NCBI GenBank assembly: GCA_007376485.1
Contig: VMGJ01000006.1
Location: forward strand, 779 to 64,778
Direction: 5' to 3'
From: Parcubacteria group bacterium Licking1014_17
GTDB taxonomy: Bacteria; Patescibacteriota; Minisyncoccia; 2-02-FULL-40-12; IGHO2-01-FULL-4-A
Length of the DNA: 64,000 nt
The notes under the pieces are model-generated. The model was not told where the DNA came from. It did not search any database and was given only the letters and a program-made list of their open reading frames with translations. Position numbers and translations under genes: made by a program. Positions 30,090 to 40,416 of the stretch are shown here, one piece after another. Numbering within the stretch: the first letter of the stretch is position 1; each line of letters starts with the position of its first letter.

Positions 30090-30446
30090 TGGTGGACTCG
30101 GGGGGAGTTGAACCCCCGTCTGCGGGTGGTCACAGGGAAGCACTACACGCTTGTTCCATTTAGTTTTGATCCGTGAGCCGTTAAACGGACAAAATGCTCA
30201 CAGCCCGCCACAGTTTAGTGCGATGAAGCCCCGTTATGGCGGCCAAAACTTCAAAGTTTCTCGCAATAAGCGTCTCATCCCGTTAGCGAGAATCGCGGGT
30301 GAAACGGATGCCTTAATTTAGGCAACTGCCATTACAGGCGTTAAAGCGTTGTAATTTGCACTTGTGTTTTTGCGGGTTTTTACAAGGTTCCGCGAACTTG
30401 GCGTGCGCTTCGGCTGATCATGCCTGCATCGAAGCCTTTCAAGCCC
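30090..30446 (-). ncRNA. ssrA: tmRNA; tag reading frame ANYNALTPVMAVA*
   Basis: 5' GGGCTTG pairs with 3' CGAGTCC-ACCA (G3:U); T-loop GTTCAAC; resume codon GCA then the tag ORF; smpB upstream. Confidence 0.95.
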
Positions 30447-30608
30447 GCCTAAGTTTTCAATTTTAGGAAAATTTAGCTTGAAAACTTAAGTGGGATAACA
30501 ATAAATACATTATATCAGATTCGGGGCGATTTGGCAAAAAACAAAAAACCCAGTAGCTTAGTGAACTAAGCGCCGGGTTTTGGGACTTTCAAAAGAAGCG
30601 TCTAAGTA

Positions 30609-30941
30609 TCACTCGTTCCAAAGGGAAAATTCCTTGAAAAGTTTCCACAAAAAATTGTATTCCCTTTCGCCCAACTTTTCATCCTTGATAAACTCCAGAA
30701 GCTCCTTCTTTTTCTTCAGGGATTTCGGTTTTCTTTCTTCGATGAGAATCTTCCTTTCAACCTCGGCAAACTCTTTGTTGACATTGGTGGGGGAGTAGTT
30801 TTGGGGAGCCGAGTTCTTTTTCAGATTGGGCTTGAGCCTATCCGGTGAGGTTACATGTGCGATATCGGCGTCGTTCAACTCGGCTTTATAATCTAAGACC
30901 TTCAATCCTTTCCGAGTTCCCCTTCTTTTATTTTCCGGCAT
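30609..30941 (-). CDS. hypothetical protein
   Basis: 110-aa ORF with RBS GGGAG. Confidence 0.55.
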   Translation of the reverse strand: MPENKRRGTRKGLKVLDYKAELNDADIAHVTSPDRLKPNLKKNSAPQNYSPTNVNKEFAEVERKILIEERKPKSLKKKKELLEFIKDEKLGEREYNFLWKLFKEFSLWNE

Positions 30942-31054
30942 ATAGCTCCCTTCGTAAAGCGTCCGCCATGGGCGAACGGAAAAATGTTTTTAAAGTAACC
31001 ACACAAACAATAACCTTGTAACAAATAAGGTGGTGCTTGTCAATAGTTTTTCCG

Positions 31055-31501
31055 TCAGAACGCCTTTTTGAGCAAACGTTCTATTTTTCTTTTGGACTCC
31101 CGTTTTGCGATGGTTTCGCGCTTATCAAATTTCTTTTTGCCTTTACCGACGCCGATTTCTAACTTCACCAACCCCTGTTTGCCGTAGATTTTTACCGGCA
31201 CGAGAGCCAAGCCCTTTTCGGCTGACTTCCCTATGAGATAATTCAATTCTTTTTTATTAAGAAGCAATTTCCGGTTTCTTTGCTGGTCGTAATCCGGCGG
31301 AGTGTTACCCGGCTGATAAGGAGAGACAATCGCGCCGACCAAAAACGGTTCGCCGTTCAGGATTTTTACATAGGCGCCTCTTAACGAAACTTTACCGCCC
31401 TTGATTGATTTAACTTCAAATCCCTTGAGGATTATTCCCGCCTCGTAGGTTTCAAGGATTTGATAATCAAAATTTGCTTTTGGGTTTGTGGCGTAAACCA
31501 T
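31055..31501 (-). CDS. smpB: SsrA-binding protein
   Basis: N.KA.FDY.ILETYEAGI.L.G.EVKSI, RKLLL, GKGKKKFDKRE. Confidence 0.97.
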   Translation of the reverse strand: MVYATNPKANFDYQILETYEAGIILKGFEVKSIKGGKVSLRGAYVKILNGEPFLVGAIVSPYQPGNTPPDYDQQRNRKLLLNKKELNYLIGKSAEKGLALVPVKIYGKQGLVKLEIGVGKGKKKFDKRETIAKRESKRKIERLLKKAF

Positions 31502-31515
31502 AATTTATCCTGTTT

Positions 31516-31536
31516 ACCCTGAGCTTGTCGAAGGGT
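31516..31536. repeat. REP-like imperfect palindrome
   Basis: ACCCTGAGCTTGTCGAAGGGT. Confidence 0.5.
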
Positions 31537-32597
31537 TATCTGCGTTCTTCGAGAACGGTCGAGAGATTCAATGTTTCGCCGTCTCTAAGAACGGTAAGTT
31601 CAATTTTGTCTCCCACGCCCATATTATCAATAACATCAGCCACTTCCGTTTTTTCATCCAAATCCGTGCCGTTAATTGAAAGAATAAGGTCTTTTTCCTT
31701 AAGCCCGACTTTTTCGGCGGGAGAGCCGGGGACGACTGCCATCGCTCCAGGGGTGTGGTCTTTGAGAACCAGCGCGCCTTTGCGGTGGGGGAGATTATGC
31801 TTCTTGGCAATGCTTTCATTGAGCATAATGTAGCGGACGCCGAGAAACGGCTTAATAATCCGCCCATGCACGCGTAAATCATTCAAGTCGTCTTTCGCCC
31901 AATTGACGGGGATGGCAAAGCCGATATTTTGCGCTCCGTAAATGACAGCAGTGTTAATGCCGACGACTTCGCCGTCAAGATTCACAAGCGGCCCGCCGGA
32001 ATTGCCTTGATTGATAGCCACGTCGGTCTGGATGACGTGGCGGAGCTGTTCAACCAGATTGCCATCGCCCAAGGCGGCGGAGATTTTCCTGCCTAGGCCG
32101 GAAATTATTCCCTTTGAAACGGTGTTGGTAAATAAGCCGAGAGCGTTGCCGACAGCAATAACAGTCTGCCCGAGTTCAATTTCATCGGAATCGCCGAGTT
32201 CAAGCGTCGGCAATCCCTTGGCATCTATTTTTATGAACGCCACGTCATTCATCGGGTCGCGGAGGATTGTTTTCACGGGGTGTTCGCTTTCGTCGCTGAA
32301 AACCACGGTGTATTCCGCCGCCGCGTCGTAAACCACGTGCTTGTTGGTCATTATCAGGCCGTTTGAGTCCACAACAAACCCTGAACCGCCGCCGATTTTT
32401 ATTCTTTGGTCTTCCGGCTCTGCTTTGTTTTTTGTTTTGCCGTTGCTTTCGGCCTTGATATTCGTGTTTTCAACCCAAAACGTCGGACTTAACTTAATCT
32501 TTTTGATTTCCGACATCATCTTGGAAGCGGTAATGCTTACCACCGCCGGTCCCACTCTTTTGACAGTTTCTATTGTTTGCCGTTCAATGTCTGGCAT
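31536..32597 (-). CDS. htrA: HtrA/DegP-like serine protease with one PDZ domain
   Basis: GSGF, TNKHV, DVA, QTDVAINQGNSGGPL; no N-terminal TM or signal peptide evident. Confidence 0.9.
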   Translation of the reverse strand: MPDIERQTIETVKRVGPAVVSITASKMMSEIKKIKLSPTFWVENTNIKAESNGKTKNKAEPEDQRIKIGGGSGFVVDSNGLIMTNKHVVYDAAAEYTVVFSDESEHPVKTILRDPMNDVAFIKIDAKGLPTLELGDSDEIELGQTVIAVGNALGLFTNTVSKGIISGLGRKISAALGDGNLVEQLRHVIQTDVAINQGNSGGPLVNLDGEVVGINTAVIYGAQNIGFAIPVNWAKDDLNDLRVHGRIIKPFLGVRYIMLNESIAKKHNLPHRKGALVLKDHTPGAMAVVPGSPAEKVGLKEKDLILSINGTDLDEKTEVADVIDNMGVGDKIELTVLRDGETLNLSTVLEERR

Positions 32598-32695
32598 AGT
32601 TGAGTAAAGTATAACATGACCACAAAGAAGCTTACAAGGAAATTTTTTGTTTATCTTTCATTCCTGCCTCAAAATGTTAGTATTAACAAGGAAAA

Positions 32696-34414
32696 GTGAT
32701 GATTAGGGAAATTATTTCTAAAATTGTAGCTTCAGCCGCCGGCAAGTCCGGGTTTAAGCTTCCGGAAGAAGTTAAAATAACCCCCACCCCGGAAAAAGAT
32801 TTTGGCGATTATTCGACAAATATCGCTTTTATTTTGGCGAAACAAACCGGCAGGCCGTCGGAGGAAATCGCCGGAGAATTAGCTGAGACGATTAATTCAA
32901 TCAACCCGCCGGAATTTGAAAAAGTGGAAACCGCCGGTGGTTATGTGAATTTCTTTTTGAATAATAATTTTATTCAGAAAGAATTTGAGAAGACTACCGC
33001 TGATGAAAATTTCGGTATTGACCGCAAATTTGCCGGCAAAACCGTGATGGTTGAATTCACCGATGCGAATCCATTCAAGATTTTTCACATTGGGCATTTA
33101 ATGTCGAATTCAATTGGCGAAGCCCTTTCTCGGTTATATGAAGTAATTGGCGCGAAGGTGCTACGGGTAAATTGGCAAGGCGATATCGGTGTCCACGTGG
33201 CAAAAACCATTTGGGCGATAGGGACTGGAAAAATAAAAATGTCCGGCGAAGATGACCCGCTTGCGGGGAAATTAACCCAGCTGGGGCAGGCTTATGCCCT
33301 TGGGAACATCAGTTACGAGGATGATCCGGCGGCAAAAGTGGAAATTGATGAAATAAACAAGAAATTATACGAGCAGAGCGATCCAGAGCTCAATAAAATT
33401 TATACCACTGGCCGCCAATGGAGCCTGGATTATTTTGAAACAGTATATGATCGACTCGGGACCAAATTTATCCATTACTTTTTTGAAAGCGAAATGGGGC
33501 CGAAAGGGCTTGAGATGGTGTGGGCTCATCCGGATATTTTTGAGGAAGACAAGGGTGCTATTATTTTTCGCGGCGAGAATTACGGATTGCATACCCGCGT
33601 CTTTATAAGCGCGCAGGGTCTACCTACCTACGAAGCAAAAGAATTGGGCTTAAATCAGGAAAAATTTAATCTTTACCACCCTGATCTGTCCTTGATAGTT
33701 ACCGGTAATGAGATTGTAGAATATTTCAGAGTGCTTTTGAAAGTTATGAGTTTAATAATGCCGGACGTGGCCGAAAAAACACGCCACATTGCTCATGGAA
33801 CTCTACGCCTGCCAACAGGCAAGATGTCTTCGCGAACAGGCACCGTAATTTCAGCTGAAGAACTCATCGAGGACGTGAAAAAGGCGATAATCAGTTTACC
33901 AATAAAAGAGTCGAAGCTAACCGATGAAGAAAAGGGTACCAATGCCGAAGCCATTGCCATAGGAGCGATAAAATATTCCATTCTAAAACAGAGATCAGAA
34001 CAGGATATTATTTTTGATTTTGAAAAATCACTCTCTGTGAGCGGTAACAGCGGACCCTATTTGCAATACACTTTCGCGCGGCTGGCGGGAATTTTGGAAA
34101 AAGCGGGGGAGAATAACGGCGGGGGAGCGAACTATTCGGTTTTGGTTAAGGACGAAGAGCTAGACTTAATGAAGAAGATTTTGAGATTTTCAGATGCGGT
34201 TATGGCTTGTGCTGATGATAATTCCCTAAACCACCTAGCGACATTTTTATACGAGCTTTGTTCGCTGACGAATTATTTTTACGAGAAAGTGCCGGTCAAT
34301 AAGGAAAACGATGCTAAAATCCGCTACGTGCGGCTTGGGCTTATAAAAACGGTCAAAAATATTTTGGGAGCGGGACTAAATATTCTAGGCATCAAAACAC
34401 TGGAGAAAATTTAG
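32696..34414 (+). CDS. argS: arginine--tRNA ligase
   Basis: FGDY, HIGH, KMSSRTG, GNSGPYLQY. Confidence 0.97.
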   Translation: MMIREIISKIVASAAGKSGFKLPEEVKITPTPEKDFGDYSTNIAFILAKQTGRPSEEIAGELAETINSINPPEFEKVETAGGYVNFFLNNNFIQKEFEKTTADENFGIDRKFAGKTVMVEFTDANPFKIFHIGHLMSNSIGEALSRLYEVIGAKVLRVNWQGDIGVHVAKTIWAIGTGKIKMSGEDDPLAGKLTQLGQAYALGNISYEDDPAAKVEIDEINKKLYEQSDPELNKIYTTGRQWSLDYFETVYDRLGTKFIHYFFESEMGPKGLEMVWAHPDIFEEDKGAIIFRGENYGLHTRVFISAQGLPTYEAKELGLNQEKFNLYHPDLSLIVTGNEIVEYFRVLLKVMSLIMPDVAEKTRHIAHGTLRLPTGKMSSRTGTVISAEELIEDVKKAIISLPIKESKLTDEEKGTNAEAIAIGAIKYSILKQRSEQDIIFDFEKSLSVSGNSGPYLQYTFARLAGILEKAGENNGGGANYSVLVKDEELDLMKKILRFSDAVMACADDNSLNHLATFLYELCSLTNYFYEKVPVNKENDAKIRYVRLGLIKTVKNILGAGLNILGIKTLEKI

Positions 34415-34461
34415 ATTATATTTGAATTTTCCGCCGTTTTCGGTTAGTATTTCTATTACTT

Positions 34462-37400
34462 ATGCCCGAAAATTTTAATTTCGCTGAAAACGAGAAAAAG
34501 ATACTCAAATTCTGGAAAGAACAGAAGATTTTTGAGAAATCAATGGAACAAAGGAAAAAGTCCAAGCCCTTTGTGTTTTTTGAAGGTCCGCCGACGGCAA
34601 ACGGCTTGCCCCACGTGGGGCACTTTATGTCCCGTTCATATAAAGATGTTTTCGGACGCTATAAAACAATGCGCGGGTATTATGTTTTGAGGCGAGCCGG
34701 CTGGGATACCCACGGGTTGCCGGTAGAAATTGAAGTAGAAAAAGGGCTTGGTCTCAAAAATAAAAAAGAGATTGAAGAATATGGGATTGCAAAGTTCAAC
34801 AAAAAAGCCAAAGAGAGCGTATGGAAATACAAATCCGAATGGGAAAGAACTTCGGAAAGGATGGGCATCTGGCTGGATTTTGATAACTACTACGCCACCT
34901 ACAAAAACTCTTATATAGAATCCGTCTGGTGGTTTCTTAAAGAGGCGTGGAATAAGAAACTTCTGTATAAGGGGCACAAGGTTTTGCCTTACTGCACACG
35001 CTGTGGGACATCGCTTTCAAGCCACGAGGTGGCGCAGGGCTACAAAGACGTTACCGAGCCGGCGGTTTATATAAAGTTCAAACTTGAAAAAAAGCAAAAA
35101 ATAAAAGGGTGGAATATTCCCAAAAACACTTGTTTTCTTGCTTGGACGACAACGCCATGGACTTTGCCGGGAAACGTTGCCCTGGCAGTGGGCGAAAAAT
35201 TCAAGTATCTCGTAGTTCGCATTGGCGATGAGTTTTTGATTTTAGCCGAGGGCAGGGAGTCGGTGCTAAAAGGGGAACGCGAGCTGGTGAAAAGTTTTGC
35301 CGGGAAGGACCTGGTCGGTCTTCGATACGAATCTTTATTTAAAATTAAATCCCTATCGACTAAAAAATCACACCGGATTTATCCGGCGGATTTCGTTACC
35401 ACCGAAAACGGCACCGGCATCGTGCACACGGCGGTGATGTACGGCGAGGACGATTACGAACTCGGCAAAAAAGTCGGCTTGCCTATGCACCATACCGTGG
35501 ATTTGCAGGGAAAATTCACCAAAGAAGTAAAGGGACTGGCTGGGCAGTATGTTAAAGATGCCGACAAGGATATTATAGAGACACTCAAAAAAGGGGGACT
35601 GTTATACGGTCAGGAGCCCTATACCCATTCCTATCCGCACTGCTGGCGGTGCAAACTGCCGTTGATTTATTACGCCAAGGATTCCTGGTTTATCCGGATG
35701 TCGTCTCTGCGTAAAGAATTGATTAAAAGAAACGAAACGGTAAACTGGCGACCCGAGCACATTAAAGAAGGGCGTTTCGGAGAGTTTTTGCACGAGGTTA
35801 AAGACTGGGCGTTAAGCCGAGAACGTTATTGGGGGACTCCGTTGCCGGTTTGGCAATGTCTCAAATGCAAAAATTATATTGCCGTAGGGTCAATCGAGGA
35901 TTTGGAAAAATACCGCCCAAGGAAGAAAAATGTTTATTACATTCTTCGCCACGGGCACAGCGAAAAAAACGCCAACGGCGGAAAAGAAGACATTATCAGC
36001 ACCCTGCTTGAATCGGACAAATACCATCTGACCCATAAGGGAGTGGAGCAGGTAAAAAAAGCTATTGAAGAACTGAAAAAGAAAAAGGTCAAGCTGGACG
36101 CGATTTATTGCTCGCCGTTTATCAGGGCGAAAGAGACGGCGGAAATAGTCGGCAATCACTTCGGGATAAAAGCAAAAACAGATAAAAGATTAAGCGAAAG
36201 ATTGCACGGACCGATGTGCGAAGGCAAACCGGAAAGGCTTTGCGAAATGCTGGTGCCGGCGACTCCGGAAAGCAAGCATGCGGGCGGCGAGTCAATCATG
36301 GAGGTCAAGGCAAGGATGTCCCGGTTTCTTAGGGAAATTGATGAAAAACACGAAGGTAAGACAATATTGGTCATCAGCCATGGCGATCCGCTGTGGGCAC
36401 TGACGGCTTTCACCGAGAATATTTCCGAAGATAAAATAATAAGCACGCGGCAGCGCCTGATGCCCGGGACCGGCGAATTGAAAAAAATCAACCTCAAAAA
36501 TTATCCCTACAACGTGGAGGGCGACCTTGATGTTCACCGACCGTTTATTGATGGAGTGGCGCTAAAGTGCCCAAAATGCGGCGGGAAATCCGTAAGAACG
36601 CCGGAAGTCTGTGACTGCTGGCTCGATTCCGGCTGTATGCCTTTCGCCCAGTGGCATTATCCTTTTGAGAATAAAAATTGGATAGACAAACCGAGTGGTT
36701 CGGACAAACAGTATCCGGCTGATTTTATTGTCGAAGCCATTGACCAAACCAGGGGCTGGTTCTACACATTGCTGGCCGTGGCTACTATTCTGGGCCGTCC
36801 CGCTCCGTATAAAAATGTCGGTGTTACCGGGTTCGCCATGGCGAGCGAGGGCAAGAAATTGTCCAAGTCGGAAGGAGCGGGCGAAGGATTCACTAAAATA
36901 ATAGAAGAATACAGCGCGGACGGCTTGCGATGGTATCTTTTTACCGTCAATGATTTAGGTGACAATAAGACGATTACCGCGCAGGATGTCCAGAAGAAGT
37001 TCAGGAATTTTCTTTTGATTTTATTCAATACTCTAAGATTTTTCAGCTTGTATCCCATAAAGGATAAGGCATTGCTGATAAACGAACCGGAACCCCAGGG
37101 GCTTTTGGATAAGTGGCTCCTTGCCCGCCTTAAAAAAACAGTGGCGGAGGCGACAAAACTTCTTGACAGTTATTATCCGACTCCGGCGACGCGGCTGATC
37201 GGGCAGTTCGTAGTTGAGGATTTGTCGAAATGGTGGCTCCGCCTGTCGCGCCAAAGATTCCAAAGGCCCGAGAGCGAACTTTCCCACGTATACGTGAGTT
37301 CATATTTGAGGTATATCCTTTTGGAAATCGCTAAGTTGCTTTCGCCGTTTATCCCTTATTTTACGGAACATATATACCGCGAATTGAATCACGGGCTTAA

Positions 37401-37974
37401 GGTTTCCGTGCCCAGCATACATTTGCTCGACTGGCCCAAGCTGGCTCCGTTTGAGGAAGCAGAAAAATTGGCGCTGGAAGAAATGGAAGATGTCAGGCAT
37501 TACGCGGCTTGTGGGCTGGCTCAGCGCCAGATAAAACAGATAAAAGTCAGACAACCGCTGGCATCTGCGAAGATTAAGCGGGAAAAGCGTTTCGACGCGG
37601 AATTGCAGGATATATTGAGAGCCGAGCTTAACGTGAAAGTAATCGAATACGATCCCGCCCAAGCCGGGGAAGCGGAGATAGACGATAACATCACGGCTGA
37701 ACTGCGCCAGGAGGGCTATGCCCGCGAGCTTGTGCGCAATATCCAGGAAATGCGCAAGGACGCCAAATACCCGCTGGATTACAAAGTCGGGGCGTATTGG
37801 GAAACCGAGAACAAGGAGCTGGCGCTTGCCATCGAAAATCTGCGGGACTTGATTAAAAATGATTCCTTATTGTCCGAAATAAATCGCGGCAACGCCGGTG
37901 CGGGGCATTTTGACGTCGAAAAGAAATTCAATCTGGCGCCAGGCGTAGAAATTTGGCTGGGACTTAAAGCTTAA
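34462..37974 (+). CDS. ileS: isoleucine--tRNA ligase (type 2) with an inserted histidine-phosphatase domain
   Basis: GPPTANGLPHVGH, WTTTPWT, DQTRGWF, KLSKS; RHG...SHG insert. Confidence 0.95.
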   Translation: MPENFNFAENEKKILKFWKEQKIFEKSMEQRKKSKPFVFFEGPPTANGLPHVGHFMSRSYKDVFGRYKTMRGYYVLRRAGWDTHGLPVEIEVEKGLGLKNKKEIEEYGIAKFNKKAKESVWKYKSEWERTSERMGIWLDFDNYYATYKNSYIESVWWFLKEAWNKKLLYKGHKVLPYCTRCGTSLSSHEVAQGYKDVTEPAVYIKFKLEKKQKIKGWNIPKNTCFLAWTTTPWTLPGNVALAVGEKFKYLVVRIGDEFLILAEGRESVLKGERELVKSFAGKDLVGLRYESLFKIKSLSTKKSHRIYPADFVTTENGTGIVHTAVMYGEDDYELGKKVGLPMHHTVDLQGKFTKEVKGLAGQYVKDADKDIIETLKKGGLLYGQEPYTHSYPHCWRCKLPLIYYAKDSWFIRMSSLRKELIKRNETVNWRPEHIKEGRFGEFLHEVKDWALSRERYWGTPLPVWQCLKCKNYIAVGSIEDLEKYRPRKKNVYYILRHGHSEKNANGGKEDIISTLLESDKYHLTHKGVEQVKKAIEELKKKKVKLDAIYCSPFIRAKETAEIVGNHFGIKAKTDKRLSERLHGPMCEGKPERLCEMLVPATPESKHAGGESIMEVKARMSRFLREIDEKHEGKTILVISHGDPLWALTAFTENISEDKIISTRQRLMPGTGELKKINLKNYPYNVEGDLDVHRPFIDGVALKCPKCGGKSVRTPEVCDCWLDSGCMPFAQWHYPFENKNWIDKPSGSDKQYPADFIVEAIDQTRGWFYTLLAVATILGRPAPYKNVGVTGFAMASEGKKLSKSEGAGEGFTKIIEEYSADGLRWYLFTVNDLGDNKTITAQDVQKKFRNFLLILFNTLRFFSLYPIKDKALLINEPEPQGLLDKWLLARLKKTVAEATKLLDSYYPTPATRLIGQFVVEDLSKWWLRLSRQRFQRPESELSHVYVSSYLRYILLEIAKLLSPFIPYFTEHIYRELNHGLKVSVPSIHLLDWPKLAPFEEAEKLALEEMEDVRHYAACGLAQRQIKQIKVRQPLASAKIKREKRFDAELQDILRAELNVKVIEYDPAQAGEAEIDDNITAELRQEGYARELVRNIQEMRKDAKYPLDYKVGAYWETENKELALAIENLRDLIKNDSLLSEINRGNAGAGHFDVEKKFNLAPGVEIWLGLKA

Positions 37975-37983
37975 TTCTAAAAA

Positions 37984-38505
37984 ATGCGGCCAACTGCCAT
38001 AATTTTGAAAAAAATCCCGAAGGGTGAATACGACGACCTGATTATCTGCTACACAAAACATGAGGGCAAGCAAACCTATCAGGCAAAAGGCGTTAAACGC
38101 CATACGTCCCTGCAGGCGAACCATCTGGATATTTTAAACCTTATAGATTTTTCACTGGTCAGAGGGAACGGCCATCCTATAATAACCAGCGCGAATTGCC
38201 TGGATAGCTTTGGCGGGATCAAGTCATCGCTCAAGAGTTTAGCCGCTTCTTTCGTTGTGGTTGATTATTTCGACAAATTTATCTTTGCCGCCCAGCGGGA
38301 CGATAAGTTATGGGACTTTTTGAATGAAACCCTGCAGGAATACAACCGGTTGAGCGGTGATAATAATACGGATTGGAACCCCGTAATCCAAAAAACCAAG
38401 CATGATTTCATCCGAACGCTTGGATATCACGGCGATACCCTGGCGAGCCATTTAAGCGGCGCGCCTCTGGAATCGTTACGTTTTGTCCAAAAAGTGATAC
38501 AATAA
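37984..38505 (+). CDS. recO: short RecO-like protein
   Basis: AIILKK...GEYD....YT...GK....AKGVK N-terminal OB fold. Confidence 0.75.
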   Translation: MRPTAIILKKIPKGEYDDLIICYTKHEGKQTYQAKGVKRHTSLQANHLDILNLIDFSLVRGNGHPIITSANCLDSFGGIKSSLKSLAASFVVVDYFDKFIFAAQRDDKLWDFLNETLQEYNRLSGDNNTDWNPVIQKTKHDFIRTLGYHGDTLASHLSGAPLESLRFVQKVIQ

Positions 38506-38513
38506 AAAAATAA

Positions 38514-40409
38514 ATGAATGACGGTAATTTTACGGTGGAACCCCTTTCGCCGGCGACGGAAGAAAGGGTTCAGCCCGAAGAACAATTTGAAACAATGGTG
38601 TCGCCAAGCCAGAACCCTCCGGTGCAGGTTTCACCCTTGACGGTTGAACCCCAAGCTTCCGTCAAGATACCCTGGCTTAGCGCCTTTCTCACGCCCAGAC
38701 AGCTGAAATACGTAATGTTAGGAGGGTTGGGAATAATTATTTTAGCGGTAGCTTTGTTTTTCATATTCAGAAGCCCGTTTAACGAGACGCGGGTGTCGCT
38801 TAGTATTGAAGCAACTTCGAGTATCGCTTCCGGCCAGGAAGTTACCTATAAGGTCGCATACAAAAACGGCAACAGGGTAACTCTTAAGAATGTTAAGCTG
38901 GCGTTTTTTTACCCGGAAGATTCCGTGCCTCTGAAAGACGGGCAGCCGGCGGCTTTTACCAACGAAACGGTTGATATCGGCGAAATCGGCGGAGGGGGCA
39001 GCAGCGATAAAACCTTTACGGCGATAGTGGTAGGGGATAAAGGCGACGTCCGCACCGCCCGAGCGATTTTGACTTACAGGCCGAGCACCATCACTTCGTA
39101 TCTACAGAAAGAAGTCGTCCAGCCAATCAATGTCATGTCGCTTGAGGTGCCGCTTGCCATAGACGCGCCGCAGAATGCCATCAGCGGCCAGAGCGTCAGA
39201 TATGTCGTCACGATGAATAACGAAGCCGGCAGGGACATTAATTATTTGAGATTGAAAGCGACCTATCCTCGCGGATTCAGGGTGACTTCGTCCAGCCCCC
39301 AAGCGGCAGGCGATAACGACACTTGGGACATCGCGTCCCTGCCCGACGGCAAAAGCGGCAAGATTACCGTCCAGGGAGTTCTTGTCGGCGTGCAGAACGA
39401 AAATAAAACGATTTCCTTCCTATTGCAGAGAAAAATGACGCTTTCCGGCGGCGAGGACTATGTCAATTATGAAAAAAGCGAGGCAACCACCGTATTATCA
39501 CTTCCGCCCTTGAGCGCCCAGATTCTTGTTAATAATTCAGACAACTACACCGCCCATCTCGGAGACCGCCTGCAATACACGGTGATTCTTAAAAACAACT
39601 CCAACTCTACTTTGGAAAGAATAACCCTGACGTCGAAGCTGGAAGGCAATATGTATGATTACACTTCGGTTGACACCACGGGCTTTTTTGACAGCCGCGA
39701 GAAAACAATCAGCTGGAACGCGTCCTCGTTTCCCCAACTTTTGTCTTTGGGACCAAATCAGGAAGCGCGGATAAGCTTCACGGTGGCGCTAAACCGCTCT
39801 TTTGCCGGCAGTGCCAAAGACTCATCCGTAAAAGCCAGTGTGCATTCCGAAACTTCAAGCGTGCCGTCGGGCTACAGCGTGGACAAGATAGTTTCCGATT
39901 CCGATGTGACAACCCGCATAACCACTTCGCCGTCTTTGGATAATAAAGTTTTTGTTTCCGACCCGGTGTTCGGCTCGGGCGGACCAATGCCGCTGAAAGT
40001 TGACGTTAAATCTTTCTTTACAGTTAAACTGTCGCTGGTTAATCCATCCAACGACCTTTCTTCCGCCAAAATCAGAGTTGTCCTTGCGCCGGGCGTAACC
40101 TGGCAGGACAGGGTGCGCGTCAGCGGCAATTTCCCGCCGCCGGTATTTGACCCGATAAGCGGCATCGTCAGCTGGAACTTGGGCATTTTGCCGGGCGGCG
40201 CGGGAACGAAAACGCCGGCCGTTGAAGCTTACTTCCAGATAAGCGTTACCCCATCGGTCAATCAGATTAACCAAACGGTGTTGTTCACCCGCAGCGCGGT
40301 CTTGGAAGGAACGGACAACACTACAAATGAGTTTGTCGCGCGCACGCTGTCCGAATTGCGTTCAAGCAATTTGTCGGATTACAGTGGGAACAGTACGGTA
40401 GCCCAATAA
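38514..40409 (+). CDS. membrane-anchored Ig-like (DUF11-like) repeat protein
   Basis: TM helix followed by repeated beta-sandwich modules (G..V.Y...Y.N). Confidence 0.75.
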   Translation: MNDGNFTVEPLSPATEERVQPEEQFETMVSPSQNPPVQVSPLTVEPQASVKIPWLSAFLTPRQLKYVMLGGLGIIILAVALFFIFRSPFNETRVSLSIEATSSIASGQEVTYKVAYKNGNRVTLKNVKLAFFYPEDSVPLKDGQPAAFTNETVDIGEIGGGGSSDKTFTAIVVGDKGDVRTARAILTYRPSTITSYLQKEVVQPINVMSLEVPLAIDAPQNAISGQSVRYVVTMNNEAGRDINYLRLKATYPRGFRVTSSSPQAAGDNDTWDIASLPDGKSGKITVQGVLVGVQNENKTISFLLQRKMTLSGGEDYVNYEKSEATTVLSLPPLSAQILVNNSDNYTAHLGDRLQYTVILKNNSNSTLERITLTSKLEGNMYDYTSVDTTGFFDSREKTISWNASSFPQLLSLGPNQEARISFTVALNRSFAGSAKDSSVKASVHSETSSVPSGYSVDKIVSDSDVTTRITTSPSLDNKVFVSDPVFGSGGPMPLKVDVKSFFTVKLSLVNPSNDLSSAKIRVVLAPGVTWQDRVRVSGNFPPPVFDPISGIVSWNLGILPGGAGTKTPAVEAYFQISVTPSVNQINQTVLFTRSAVLEGTDNTTNEFVARTLSELRSSNLSDYSGNSTVAQ

Positions 40410-40416
40410 AATATTT

